Shown: in pieces, positions 42,628-52,086 of the stretch
Layout of the letters: every line of letters starts with the position of its first letter
Numbering within the stretch: position 1 is the first letter of the stretch
NCBI GenBank assembly: GCA_017651165.1
Contig: JAGCDH010000004.1
Coordinates: 5,096-69,095, forward strand
Source: Bacilli bacterium
GTDB taxonomy: Bacteria; Bacillota_I; Bacilli_A; RFN20; CAG-826
Reading direction: 5' to 3'
Length of the DNA: 64,000 bases
Position numbers and translations under genes: made by a program
The notes under the pieces: generated by a model
Databases searched by the model: none
Told to the model about the DNA's origin: nothing
Seen by the model: only the letters and a program-made list of their open reading frames with translations

Positions 42628-44658
42628 ATGAATAGCAAAAAACGCTTTTTATATCCTTTTTCTCTCCTTTTAGCGTTGTCTATATCCGGATGTGGATTTA
42701 TGGGTGGATCGAATTCTAAAGTTGACCCTTCAGACAATCCGTCTACTTCTTTGACATCAACAAGCACTAGTTCAAAATCTAGTTCAAGTTCGTCAAAGAC
42801 ATCCACGACAATAAAACCTATTTCAAACATCTATTACATAAACGAAAGTACCTTAAGCAATGGTACCTATGATTCCACCGCAGACGAATATACATTCTCT
42901 GTTTCTGGTAGTTATGATCAAATCTATGTCAATCTTCCTGATAAGACAGTTGTTCTTGAATTAAATGGTGTCACCATTGAAAATAGTGAAAACTCACCTA
43001 TTTATGTTGAAGCGTGTGATGAGATTGAAATCTCCGCAAAGAAAAATACCACTAATGTGGTTAGAGATAATAGGCCAGTGTATACCGAAGATGTTAATGG
43101 ACAAGGCAAAGGTGCTATCTATGTTGAGGATGGAGACCTCAAATTAAAAGGCACGGGTACCTTAAATATCTCTGGTAACTATTTAAACGGTATCCACGGT
43201 AAAGATGATGTTAAGATTCAAAAACTAACATTAAATGTTGATGCTGTTGGCCATGGTATTAGAGGCAACGATAGTGTGACAGTTACTTCTGGTATAGTAA
43301 ATATTTCCTGTGGTGGAGATGGCCTACATACAGAGAATAGTGATATATCCTCAAAAGGTAACCAAAGAGGTAACGTCACCATTGATGGTGGCAATCTAAC
43401 TATTAATTCCTGGGGAGACGCTATTCAAGCGGCCTATAACGCTGTTATTGACCAAACAGACAGTTCTGTAGATACCAACGTCGTTATTAAAACAAATAAG
43501 TATTCTTCTTATAACGGAGAAACAGTGGATACTAGCACTAACTCATTCTATTTAAGAATGAATTCATCACTTTATTCTAGTGGCAACTATACCTATGCTG
43601 CCTATATTAATAGCCAATGGTATAAAGCTAGTTATAAAGGCACACAGACTTCTAGTGGTCAAGGTGGAGGCGGTGGTGGCCGTCAAAGCACTTATTATTA
43701 CTATCAATTAGAAAAACCAAGTGGTGCATCTAGTTTTACCCTTTATCGCTTCCAAGGTAGCAATGTCACATCATTCTCTACCGAGACATATAGTGCCATA
43801 AGTGACGCAAAAGCATTTAATAATGCTTATGATACAGTGCAAATCCAATCGATTAGCAATAATAAGATTAGTTTTGGTAACTGGTCTAATTATTCTAATA
43901 ACAGTAATAACAATACCGCAGATGTATCCGCTAAAGGTATTAAAGCGGAAAATGAAATCATTATCAATGCCGGCACAATTGATATCAAAGCGTACGATGA
44001 CGCAATTCATGCAAATAACGATGGAACAATTGATAATGGATCCACACCATTAGGTAATGTTTCAATTACTGGTGGTAACATTACTGCTTATGCTAGTGAT
44101 GATGGAATCCATGCTGATGGACAATTGAATATCTCTGGTGGTACCACCAATGTCACCAATGCATATGAAGGTTTAGAAGGTAATATTATAAATATTACTG
44201 GTGGTTCAACATATGTCTATGGTACAGATGATGGCGTGAACGCCACAAAAGGAAATAGTTCACCTGCTATTAATGTCAGTGGTGGATTCTTAGATGTGGA
44301 AGTTCCAACAAACGGCGATACAGATGGTATCGATAGCAATGGCACCTATACTCAAACTGGTGGTACAGTCATTGTTAAAGGTCCAGGCTCCGCTAGTGGC
44401 AGTAGCATGGCTATGGCAGCAGCTTTAGATACCGATGGCACTGTCAAGATTACCTCGGGTTCATTAATCGTCTTTGGCGCTATTGAAAAGACACCATCTT
44501 CAAGTGTGACCAAGACATTGGTGTCATCTAGTAATGTTTCTGCAGGAACTCACACAATTTCCTTTGCCTCGAGCAATACAAGTTACTCCACAACATTAAA
44601 AACAGGATCAAACGGTTGTGTTGTTTATAGTTCTTTAGGAACAGCAACATTAAAGTAA
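42628..44658 (+). CDS. Beta-helix carbohydrate-binding lipoprotein (Cthe_2159-like)
   Basis: Lipobox LSISGC and a Ser/Thr linker. Recurring turn motifs: NGIHGKDD, GHGIRGND, GDGLHTEN, GDAIQAAY, DDAIHANNDG, DDGIHADG, DDGVNATKG and DTDGIDSNG. Confidence 0.55.
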   Translation: MNSKKRFLYPFSLLLALSISGCGFMGGSNSKVDPSDNPSTSLTSTSTSSKSSSSSSKTSTTIKPISNIYYINESTLSNGTYDSTADEYTFSVSGSYDQIYVNLPDKTVVLELNGVTIENSENSPIYVEACDEIEISAKKNTTNVVRDNRPVYTEDVNGQGKGAIYVEDGDLKLKGTGTLNISGNYLNGIHGKDDVKIQKLTLNVDAVGHGIRGNDSVTVTSGIVNISCGGDGLHTENSDISSKGNQRGNVTIDGGNLTINSWGDAIQAAYNAVIDQTDSSVDTNVVIKTNKYSSYNGETVDTSTNSFYLRMNSSLYSSGNYTYAAYINSQWYKASYKGTQTSSGQGGGGGGRQSTYYYYQLEKPSGASSFTLYRFQGSNVTSFSTETYSAISDAKAFNNAYDTVQIQSISNNKISFGNWSNYSNNSNNNTADVSAKGIKAENEIIINAGTIDIKAYDDAIHANNDGTIDNGSTPLGNVSITGGNITAYASDDGIHADGQLNISGGTTNVTNAYEGLEGNIINITGGSTYVYGTDDGVNATKGNSSPAINVSGGFLDVEVPTNGDTDGIDSNGTYTQTGGTVIVKGPGSASGSSMAMAAALDTDGTVKITSGSLIVFGAIEKTPSSSVTKTLVSSSNVSAGTHTISFASSNTSYSTTLKTGSNGCVVYSSLGTATLK

Positions 44659-44716
44659 AAACAAAAAAGCCAGTTTAAGAACTACGCTTTGTTCAATACA
44701 CGGGCTTTTTATTTTG

Positions 44717-45637
44717 CTATTTGTTATTTTCAATTGGCTCTAAAAACTGTTCAAACGCTTCTGCGAACAAGTGCCCTAATAACACTTCAGATTCTGTATC
44801 ATAGTGAGCACCATCAGGGTTACCGAATGGTTCTTTGTCAGTATGCATGCCAGCGGCAATGGTGTCGATATAGAAGTTGTTATCACTTTCGTCGGCAAAT
44901 TGCTTTTTAGCGGCATTGACTTCTCTATAATACTGCCATTCTTTGTAACTGCTTATTCCAGCGTCGATGAATGGGAAATCTTTATCGCCCGCTAGTTCTT
45001 TGAATTCTTCTCTAAGGTTACCCACAAAGAGTTTCAAATTATCGTAATACTTATCATAATAACCTGGATAAGAATCGCCTTCACCTTGCATCCAGCAGAA
45101 TGCTTTAATTGTGGGCTTGTATCCCATTGATTTAAGATTTTTCATCTGTGTTTTCACATAATTAACAAATCTTCCATACATTGGTGAATTCTTTTGCGCC
45201 CAGTCATCTTTAAGATTGGATGCGCCACAGGCATATTTAATTAAGAACAATTTATTCGCGTATTTTTCATGCAATGCTTCAGCAATGCCAATTTCTGGAC
45301 CGAAAGTAGCTTCTGAGTTACCTTGGCCTAACATGACTTTGAAAAACTTACCGTCTTGACGTTTGTTTTGAGAATAGAACATGGTTTGACCTGTTTGTAC
45401 ATCAACATCTTTTGTCCAACAGTCGTAAGCAATTTGAATGCCTGGATATCCCACCATATATTCTTCCAATTTGTCGTAATCCATTGATCTTTCGATGCAA
45501 TCGATATGGGTACAACCAACAGCGTTACTTTGACCAGAAATAACAACCACATCTACTGGTTTTGGTGTCTTACCACCACAGCCAACACTTGAAAAAGCAA
45601 TTGGCGATAAAAGCAAAAATTTAACTATATTTTTCAT
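44717..45637 (-). CDS. SASA/DUF303-family carbohydrate O-acetylesterase lipoprotein
   Basis: Lipobox FSSVGC. It has VVVISGQSNAVG (the GQSN catalytic Ser box) and CWMQGEGD. Confidence 0.7.
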   Translation of the reverse strand: MKNIVKFLLLSPIAFSSVGCGGKTPKPVDVVVISGQSNAVGCTHIDCIERSMDYDKLEEYMVGYPGIQIAYDCWTKDVDVQTGQTMFYSQNKRQDGKFFKVMLGQGNSEATFGPEIGIAEALHEKYANKLFLIKYACGASNLKDDWAQKNSPMYGRFVNYVKTQMKNLKSMGYKPTIKAFCWMQGEGDSYPGYYDKYYDNLKLFVGNLREEFKELAGDKDFPFIDAGISSYKEWQYYREVNAAKKQFADESDNNFYIDTIAAGMHTDKEPFGNPDGAHYDTESEVLLGHLFAEAFEQFLEPIENNK

Positions 45638-45663
45638 ACGCCTATATGATACAACATTGTTTC

Positions 45664-45678
45664 AGTAAACTTTTATAA
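45664..45678. promoter_or_regulatory. 15-mer AGTAAACTTTTATAA, copy 1 (shared promoter or operator element)
   Basis: It is identical to 46787-46801 and lies in the divergent promoter region between the two esterase genes. A second GTAAAC occurs 10 nt downstream. Confidence 0.3.
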
Positions 45679-45737
45679 CTTTTCGTAAACAAATTCATTT
45701 TAGTTTGCTAATTAATCCACAAATTGTTAGAACATAA

Positions 45738-46694
45738 ATGATGAACATTAAGTGTATTGGAAGATATAGTGTTAGCGATAATCATTACTTCTTTTATAAT
45801 GGTGGATCCGGTTTCTCTTTTAAGATGAAAGGAACTGGTTTTACTGTTCTTTTTAAATCAAAACCAAATGACGGTTATTTCTATATCATTGTTGACCGAG
45901 ATTACGAAAATAAAACTAAAGTTTTAGTGAATGGTGAATCGTATCGTTTTTCTTTTTTAGACAACAAAGACCACTATGTTGATATTCTTAAAGCCAATGA
46001 GGCTAACGACAATACATTTGAATTAGTGGATTTTATAGTCGATGGTGAGCTATTGGAATATGACCATCACTATGAAAAAACTGTGAGAGTATTTGGTGAT
46101 TCCACAATCGCGGGGTTTGGCATATTGGCTAAATCAGGAGAAGTTTCCATTCATAATTCTGATTCAGTACAAGATTTCTGTTATCACGCTCTTTATGAAT
46201 TAAACATGGAGATGGACGTATTATCCGCTTCTGGCTATGGATTAACATTTTCAGCTTATACGTGTCCTAAAAATATCGGAATTATTGATTATATTGATAA
46301 GGTTTCTACTAGTTCGCAAAAGGCCTGGAAAAACACAAAATGTGATCTGCTAATAGTGTCTTTGGGATGTAACGATAATTCGTATATTCAAGAACAGCCA
46401 AGTTCAAGAGAAGAAAACATTAAGAAATTCAAAGAAGCATACCAATCGCTTATCGATTCTCAGATAAAGCTTAACAAAGATCTCAAAGTGTTGATGGTCT
46501 ATGGAACACTTAATGAAAAAGATGCTTATTATCTCTATGAAGAAACATATAACTATCTGAAAAAAATGTATAAAGATTTATACATTCATAAATTTAACGG
46601 TGATTCATCAGCAATATCAAATCACGCTTATGTTACCGCTCATAATTCGATGGCGGAAGAACTGAAAGCCGTCATTAAAGATATTCTTAAATAA
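45738..46694 (+). CDS. CE2-like acetyl esterase (N-terminal beta-sandwich plus SGNH hydrolase)
   Basis: The N-terminus GRYSVSDNHYFFYNGGSGFSFKMKGTGF is followed by the SGNH block I VRVFGDSTIAGFG, then SLGCNDN and a C-terminal NHAY. Confidence 0.6.
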   Translation: MMNIKCIGRYSVSDNHYFFYNGGSGFSFKMKGTGFTVLFKSKPNDGYFYIIVDRDYENKTKVLVNGESYRFSFLDNKDHYVDILKANEANDNTFELVDFIVDGELLEYDHHYEKTVRVFGDSTIAGFGILAKSGEVSIHNSDSVQDFCYHALYELNMEMDVLSASGYGLTFSAYTCPKNIGIIDYIDKVSTSSQKAWKNTKCDLLIVSLGCNDNSYIQEQPSSREENIKKFKEAYQSLIDSQIKLNKDLKVLMVYGTLNEKDAYYLYEETYNYLKKMYKDLYIHKFNGDSSAISNHAYVTAHNSMAEELKAVIKDILK

Positions 46695-46729
46695 ACAAAT
46701 TTTGAAATAGTTTACTTTGACTTTTCAAT

Positions 46730-46753
46730 CCTGCTTTGCAGAAGCGGTTTTTT
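46730..46753 (+). terminator. Putative rho-independent terminator
   Basis: cc(t)gctt-tgcag-aagcgg followed by T6. Confidence 0.4.
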
Positions 46754-46786
46754 AAATTGTTTTTGGCTGAAATGTTTATTGAATTT

Positions 46787-46809
46787 AGTAAACTTTTATA
46801 AATGTTTAC
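46787..46809. promoter_or_regulatory. 15-mer AGTAAACTTTTATAA, copy 2, extended into the inverted repeat GTAAAC-N10-GTTTAC
   Basis: The same 15-mer as at 45664. GTAAAC at 46788-46793 and GTTTAC at 46804-46809 are reverse complements. It lies about 125 nt upstream of the 46932 lipoprotein gene. Confidence 0.3.
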
Positions 46810-46931
46810 AAAAAAATACCAAAAGTTTATTAGTTTGTGCTTTAATGTAACTGAAATGGTGCATTATAATGCAAGTATCAAAGAGTGTTAATTCACTTTC
46901 ATAATGCATAATGCAAGAGAGGAAAAATCTT

Positions 46932-49900
46932 ATGAAGAATAAGACCAAATTTACCTTCTTGACCCTTGTTCTTGCTGCAGGCTTGATTATTAGTGCTTGT
47001 GGTAAAACACCTTCAGGACAAAGTCAATCTTCTATCAATCAAAACAGTGATTCTTCTATGCCAGAATCAACTTCTTCTGCACAGGAATCAACCTCTTCAG
47101 CGCAACAATCAACTTCCTCCTCACAACAATCCACATCTTCGTCACAGGCCACAAATAAATGCACTGTCAACTTTGTTGTGGATGGACAAGTTGTTCAATC
47201 TTCACAAGTTGAAAAGGGAGAAGTTGCTGAATATAGAGGTGCAACACCTTCGAAAGCATCCTCTGGTTCAACCGTTTACAGATTTAAAGGTTGGGATAAA
47301 GATATAACTCAACCAATTAACGCAGACACAACATTTAATGCGGTCTTTGAAGAAACGGAATACGCTAATGAGATAGTTGTGGATGATTTCGAATCATATA
47401 AGAACACAGGCAGAATGAAAGAAGCTGGCTGGAAAGCCTTAACTTATACTAATGCAGCAGGATGGACAACAGAAACTAATGCTGAAGTCTTATTAAGTTC
47501 AAATGCTGCCGAAGGTCAAAAAGCATTAAGATTTAACGCTTGGGAAAATGCAGGCGACTATAAATTTGCCAAAGATTTTGCGGATGGTTCTATTACCAAA
47601 TCTGCTAACGCTATCAAATTTAACTTAATGGTTCCAAGTATGAATCTCGTTAAAATCTTGGTTTATGCCAAAGCTACCATTTTGGGGCAAGAAAGAGTAG
47701 CGGATTTCAAATATACACTTGGTGTTACAAGTAATGAATATGTCGAATATACCATTCCAATCGCAGACGAAGGCTGGGGCATGTATGGCGAAGCGGGCAA
47801 AACGTTCCCTGTTGTCGCTGATTACATTGGTATTCACCAAGATGACATTGTTAAACATATTACAAAAATAGAATTTTACATTAAAGGTGATGACGGCATT
47901 GGCGGTCAACCATATGCGGCATTCTTTGATTCTTTTAAGTTTGTCACTCTCGATAATCCTCAAAGAGAATTTAAACAAAATATTAGTTTGCGAGATAGAT
48001 ACACGGGCATCACTTCTAGCGGTAATACAGTTAGATTTGATATCGGTGAGAATGGTGCGGCAACTGCTAGAGTATTAGATCTAGAAACACCAATGGTGGT
48101 TTCAGGCTCTTATTCTCGTGACGGAGAGACTTTAACATTCCGCTCCTCTGATAATGGCACAACATTAGTCTACACAGGTACAATTACTGATAACGGGAAA
48201 ATTATTAATTATGCTTCTGCTTCTGGATCTTTAAAGAACGAAGTTGAAGATATGAAATTAAATGCCGTTCAAGTCGTTGATGACTTTGAACAATATTCAG
48301 AAAGCGGTACAGCTTATTCACAAAAGAATACAGATGCTACTCAAATTAGTGGAGCACGTGGAGCTTTCTATTCCGAACACTACACTGGTGAAGGTAGTAG
48401 TGATTGGGGCAAAAGCGGCTGGCAATTATTACCTGAAGGCGATGAAATCAATCTAATTGAAGATGAAGCGGGTGCTCACTCTGGTAAAAAATACCTCAGC
48501 CTCAAGCATTTTTCGGGTAAAGCCGCTAGATATATGCCATGGGGACTAGCGAATGATCTTGGCGAAAAGAATTGCTTCCGTGGTTCTAAATTCAGTTTCT
48601 GGGCCAAAGGATTTGTTAATAAATTAACAATTACGGCTGTTTCACATTCCAATCCAACCCCATCCTCTATTAGTGGCACTAGTGGTTATTTTAAGAAGCA
48701 AGAATTCAATTTCGGCAAGAATCTTAATGAATGGCAACATGTCGAAGTTGAGCTCAATCCAAAGCTTGTTTACTATGGCTTCATTATCATGATTGAAAAA
48801 GATTATCTTGGCGATGCTGAACTCTTTATTGATGATATTGAGTTCTATAGCGCTAATCCATATGCGAAATATGTTGTGCCACTTCCACCAGAGCCAAAAC
48901 ATTTTGATGCTGCTGATTGTTACTTGGCCAAACTCAACGGATTGTTACCGATTCAATTGTCATTTGATCGTAATAATACTGCTCATTATATTGCTCCAAA
49001 CTATGCCACCATGGTTAATGGAACATATGTTATCGATGAAGACGACGTTACTTTAACGTTTGGCGAAACAACTTATGTTGCAACCATTGCAGATGATTAT
49101 AGTAAATTAACGTTTAAATCAGTCAACGGTTCAGACACGGTTGCACAAAACTTAAACGGTTTAAGCTTTGATAGAGTTGATTTTGCTGAAACTGGTGAAA
49201 AATACGCCGATGTTGGTCAAATGTATTACGATGGTTTTACTGACGAAAACGGTGTAAGTGGTGCACGTGGTGCCTATTATTGTGATCGTTGGCTTGGTTC
49301 AGGTAGTACACCTCTCGGCGGTAATGGCTGGGGATTAATGGGTGGCAACGGCGATCAAATCGGTCTAGAACAAGGTGGACCTGTTGGCTATCAATACCCA
49401 ACTTTCAAGAGAAGCGGTAGTGCTGATTTAAGATATATCCAATGGGAACTTTATAAAGGAACAGCCAAAGAACGTAAAGGTGTCAACAGTTTCAACGTTT
49501 GGCTTAAGAACCCCGCGGATAATGAAATGAGCATTAAGCTTTACGTTTTCAAAAACAAACAGCTCAATCCTTCCAACCAACAAGATAGAGTGGAATTACC
49601 AATCACTATTCCAGCTAACCAAGACTGGACGCTCTACACAGTACAATTAAATCCAGAAGCTAGCTATTATGGTTTCGGTCTTTATACATATAAAGGTGCA
49701 ACAAATGCTTATTTAGGCTTAGATGGCGCTTATTTCTGTGGTGTTGATGACAATCCAAACTATGCTTATTACACCAAAAACAACATGGTTTTAAGCGGCT
49801 CCACTCTTGCTGGTGAGGCCAGCATTAAATTTGGTACTGCCGGCAAAGCTTACTTAACATGCTCTGCCGCCAACATCAATAATCAACAAGTGTCTTATAC

Positions 49901-50069
49901 TATGGACATTGGTTCAACTGGCCAAGAAATGATTATTACTATGGGTGAGAATACACTCAAAGGTTTATATCAGGTTGATACTTCAACATTTAAGGCATCC
50001 TTTACTGTTACTGAAGCTACCGGCCAATTCGCCGCTCTAGTGGCTGCTAATACTGTATTTTCGGATTGA
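46932..50069 (+). CDS. Giant lipoprotein with a Flg_new (Listeria-Bacteroides) repeat and three CBM-like beta-sandwich modules
   Basis: Lipobox LIISAC. ATG at 46932 has GAGAGGAAAAA upstream. The Flg_new-like segment is CTVNFVVDGQVV...YRFKGWDKDI...NAVFEE. Modules begin VVDDFESY, VVDDFEQY and VDFAETGE, and end FDSFKFV, IDDIEFY and LDGAYFCG. Confidence 0.7.
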   Translation: MKNKTKFTFLTLVLAAGLIISACGKTPSGQSQSSINQNSDSSMPESTSSAQESTSSAQQSTSSSQQSTSSSQATNKCTVNFVVDGQVVQSSQVEKGEVAEYRGATPSKASSGSTVYRFKGWDKDITQPINADTTFNAVFEETEYANEIVVDDFESYKNTGRMKEAGWKALTYTNAAGWTTETNAEVLLSSNAAEGQKALRFNAWENAGDYKFAKDFADGSITKSANAIKFNLMVPSMNLVKILVYAKATILGQERVADFKYTLGVTSNEYVEYTIPIADEGWGMYGEAGKTFPVVADYIGIHQDDIVKHITKIEFYIKGDDGIGGQPYAAFFDSFKFVTLDNPQREFKQNISLRDRYTGITSSGNTVRFDIGENGAATARVLDLETPMVVSGSYSRDGETLTFRSSDNGTTLVYTGTITDNGKIINYASASGSLKNEVEDMKLNAVQVVDDFEQYSESGTAYSQKNTDATQISGARGAFYSEHYTGEGSSDWGKSGWQLLPEGDEINLIEDEAGAHSGKKYLSLKHFSGKAARYMPWGLANDLGEKNCFRGSKFSFWAKGFVNKLTITAVSHSNPTPSSISGTSGYFKKQEFNFGKNLNEWQHVEVELNPKLVYYGFIIMIEKDYLGDAELFIDDIEFYSANPYAKYVVPLPPEPKHFDAADCYLAKLNGLLPIQLSFDRNNTAHYIAPNYATMVNGTYVIDEDDVTLTFGETTYVATIADDYSKLTFKSVNGSDTVAQNLNGLSFDRVDFAETGEKYADVGQMYYDGFTDENGVSGARGAYYCDRWLGSGSTPLGGNGWGLMGGNGDQIGLEQGGPVGYQYPTFKRSGSADLRYIQWELYKGTAKERKGVNSFNVWLKNPADNEMSIKLYVFKNKQLNPSNQQDRVELPITIPANQDWTLYTVQLNPEASYYGFGLYTYKGATNAYLGLDGAYFCGVDDNPNYAYYTKNNMVLSGSTLAGEASIKFGTAGKAYLTCSAANINNQQVSYTMDIGSTGQEMIITMGENTLKGLYQVDTSTFKASFTVTEATGQFAALVAANTVFSD
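47064..47147 (+). repeat. Four imperfect tandem 21-nt repeats encoding (E/Q)STSS(A/S)Q
   Basis: gaatcaacttcttctgcacag / gaatcaacctcttcagcgcaa / caatcaacttcctcctcacaa / caatccacatcttcgtcacag, in frame within the lipoprotein linker. Confidence 0.75.
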
Positions 50070-50080
50070 CAAGGAAGAGT

Positions 50081-51088
50081 ATGAAAAAGCCAACATTAGA
50101 TCAAATTGCGAAAGAATGTGGAGTTACTAAAGGTTTAGTTTCTCGCGCTTTAGGAGGCAAAAACAATGTCTCTGATGCCACAAGAGAAAGAATCATTAGA
50201 AAAGCCACAGAACTTGGTTACGACACTTCCAAATTAAAAGTGCATAAGGTTTCTTCTAACCGTGTCCTTTTAATTGGTTCAAGTCGTATCTTGTTCAAGG
50301 AAGATTTCTGGCAACCAATCATTACCTCGATTTCTTCCACTCTTTCGAGAAACAATTTGATCGTGGAATACTTTACTTTCGAAGAAGAGCAAATTGACGA
50401 TGTTCTTCTAAAGAAGTTAAAAGAATCTTCTTGCAGCGCTTTTATCATTATTCACGTCGCGCCTAAACAAATCGTTGATGCCTTAGTGGCGAAACATAAA
50501 CCAGTGGTCGTCGTGGATCCAAAGACCTTCCACGCTGATGCGACACAGTTTAAATTCTCTAATTATGATTCTGTTTATGCGGCCACACAGCGATTAATTG
50601 AACAAGGACACACACATATTGCTTTCTATGGTAGCGATTCTCATAGTCTATCTTTTAGAGAAAGACACGAAGGCTATATGGCGTGTATGGAGAATCACAA
50701 AAAACAGGTTTTCCCTTGCTCAATTATCTTTGATAATGAGAATAAGTATTATGCGAACGAGGAAATGCTTACAGAAGCATTAAATAAAATGCCAATTACA
50801 GCGATTGTCTGTGCGAATGACATCATTGCGATGAACGCGATTAAGACAATCAATAAATTGAATAAAAAAGTGCCTGATGATATCTCCGTTATTGGCTTTG
50901 ATAACATCAGGACTGGAGAATTCATGTCTCCACAACTATCAACATTTAATATCCCTCGTCAGGAAATAGGCGAGGAAGTAGCGAAGTATGTCGCTAATTC
51001 AATCAAGTTCCATCAAATCGCTTTATCACAAATTGTCGTGAGATGCGACTTTATCGAAAGAGAATCAAACAAGGAAGTTACAAAGTAG
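50081..51088 (+). CDS. LacI-family transcriptional regulator
   Basis: The N-terminal HTH reads PTLDQIAKECGVTKGLVSRALGGKNNVSDATRERIIRKATELGY, followed by a periplasmic-binding-fold C-terminus. ATG at 50081 has AAGGAAGAG upstream. Confidence 0.9.
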   Translation: MKKPTLDQIAKECGVTKGLVSRALGGKNNVSDATRERIIRKATELGYDTSKLKVHKVSSNRVLLIGSSRILFKEDFWQPIITSISSTLSRNNLIVEYFTFEEEQIDDVLLKKLKESSCSAFIIIHVAPKQIVDALVAKHKPVVVVDPKTFHADATQFKFSNYDSVYAATQRLIEQGHTHIAFYGSDSHSLSFRERHEGYMACMENHKKQVFPCSIIFDNENKYYANEEMLTEALNKMPITAIVCANDIIAMNAIKTINKLNKKVPDDISVIGFDNIRTGEFMSPQLSTFNIPRQEIGEEVAKYVANSIKFHQIALSQIVVRCDFIERESNKEVTK

Positions 51089-51097
51089 GTATTTATT

Positions 51098-52081
51098 ATG
51101 AAACATCAAATCTATGGTAATGAATTAAAGAACATGCCTTATGAGCCTCGTCCAGAAGGATGTGACTCACCATTATGGCGTTATTCAAAGAATCCTGTCA
51201 TTTCAATGAATCCATTCCCTAATGCATCAAGAGTTTTTAACTCTGCTGTTATGGCATACAAAGGGGAATTCATCGGTGTCTTTAGAGCGGACACAAAGAA
51301 CGGTATTCCTTTCTTGTTTGTGGGTCATTCTAAAGATGGTATCAAATTCGAATTCGAAGAAAAACCGATTGTTATTCACGATAAGAATGGCAAAGCCATC
51401 AAATTAGAATACGCCTATGATCCACGTCTCGTGGAATTAGAGGGCTATTATTACATCATTTTCTGCACATCAATGCATGGACCAACATTAGGCGTTGGTA
51501 AAACCAAAGACTTCAAAGATTTCGAATTAATAGATAATCCGTTCCTTCCATTTAATAGAAATGGTGTCTTGTTCCCAAGAAAGATTAACGGTATGTATGC
51601 GATGTTCTCACGCCCAAGTGATTCTGGCCATACACAATTTGGTGATATCTTCCTTTCATATTCCAAAGACATGGAATTCTGGGGTCAACATAGACACGTG
51701 ATGGAAAGAGGATATGAATGGTGGTGTGGCACTAAAATTGGTGCGGGCCCAACCCCAATTGAATGTGATTTAGGTTGGTTGGTCTTCTTCCATGGTGCTA
51801 ATCTCACCTGTTCTGGCTTAGTTTATAGTATCGGTGCGGCGATTGTTGATAGAGACGATCCAAGCAAGGTTCTACATAGATGTGGCAACTTCTTACTCGC
51901 TCCTGAGAAAATTTATGAAACCAGCGGGTACGTGCCTAATGTTTTGTTCCCAGTTTCATGCTTAACTGATAGCAAAACAGGACGTATTGCCATTTATGCT
52001 GGAGGGGCCGACACAGTCACAGAACTTTTATTCACCGATATTGATACCGTGATCGACTACATTCTGAAATATGAGAGATAA
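51098..52081 (+). CDS. GH130-family beta-mannoside phosphorylase/hydrolase
   Basis: NPVISMNPFPNASRVFNSAVMAYKGEFIGVFRAD, GHSKDGIKF, AYDPRLVELEGYYYIIF, GAGPTPIE and GWLVFFHG match the GH130 five-bladed propeller pattern. Confidence 0.85.
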   Translation: MKHQIYGNELKNMPYEPRPEGCDSPLWRYSKNPVISMNPFPNASRVFNSAVMAYKGEFIGVFRADTKNGIPFLFVGHSKDGIKFEFEEKPIVIHDKNGKAIKLEYAYDPRLVELEGYYYIIFCTSMHGPTLGVGKTKDFKDFELIDNPFLPFNRNGVLFPRKINGMYAMFSRPSDSGHTQFGDIFLSYSKDMEFWGQHRHVMERGYEWWCGTKIGAGPTPIECDLGWLVFFHGANLTCSGLVYSIGAAIVDRDDPSKVLHRCGNFLLAPEKIYETSGYVPNVLFPVSCLTDSKTGRIAIYAGGADTVTELLFTDIDTVIDYILKYER

Positions 52082-52086
52082 ATAAT

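Noticed and set aside
44659-44716. An intrinsic terminator between the convergent beta-helix lipoprotein and SASA esterase genes (aaaaagcc ... gggcttttt).
   Set aside because: The complementary arms are separated by a loop of about 33 nt, too large for a confident rho-independent terminator call.
1698-50080. Upstream alternative starts given by the ORF track at 1698, 6502, 10718, 17066, 19881, 20593, 46911 and 50066.
   Set aside because: Each is a non-ATG or poorly placed codon that overlaps the preceding gene or lacks an RBS. An ATG with a Shine-Dalgarno-like sequence lies a few codons downstream, at 1740, 6481, 10712, 17084, 19911, 20611, 46932 and 50081.
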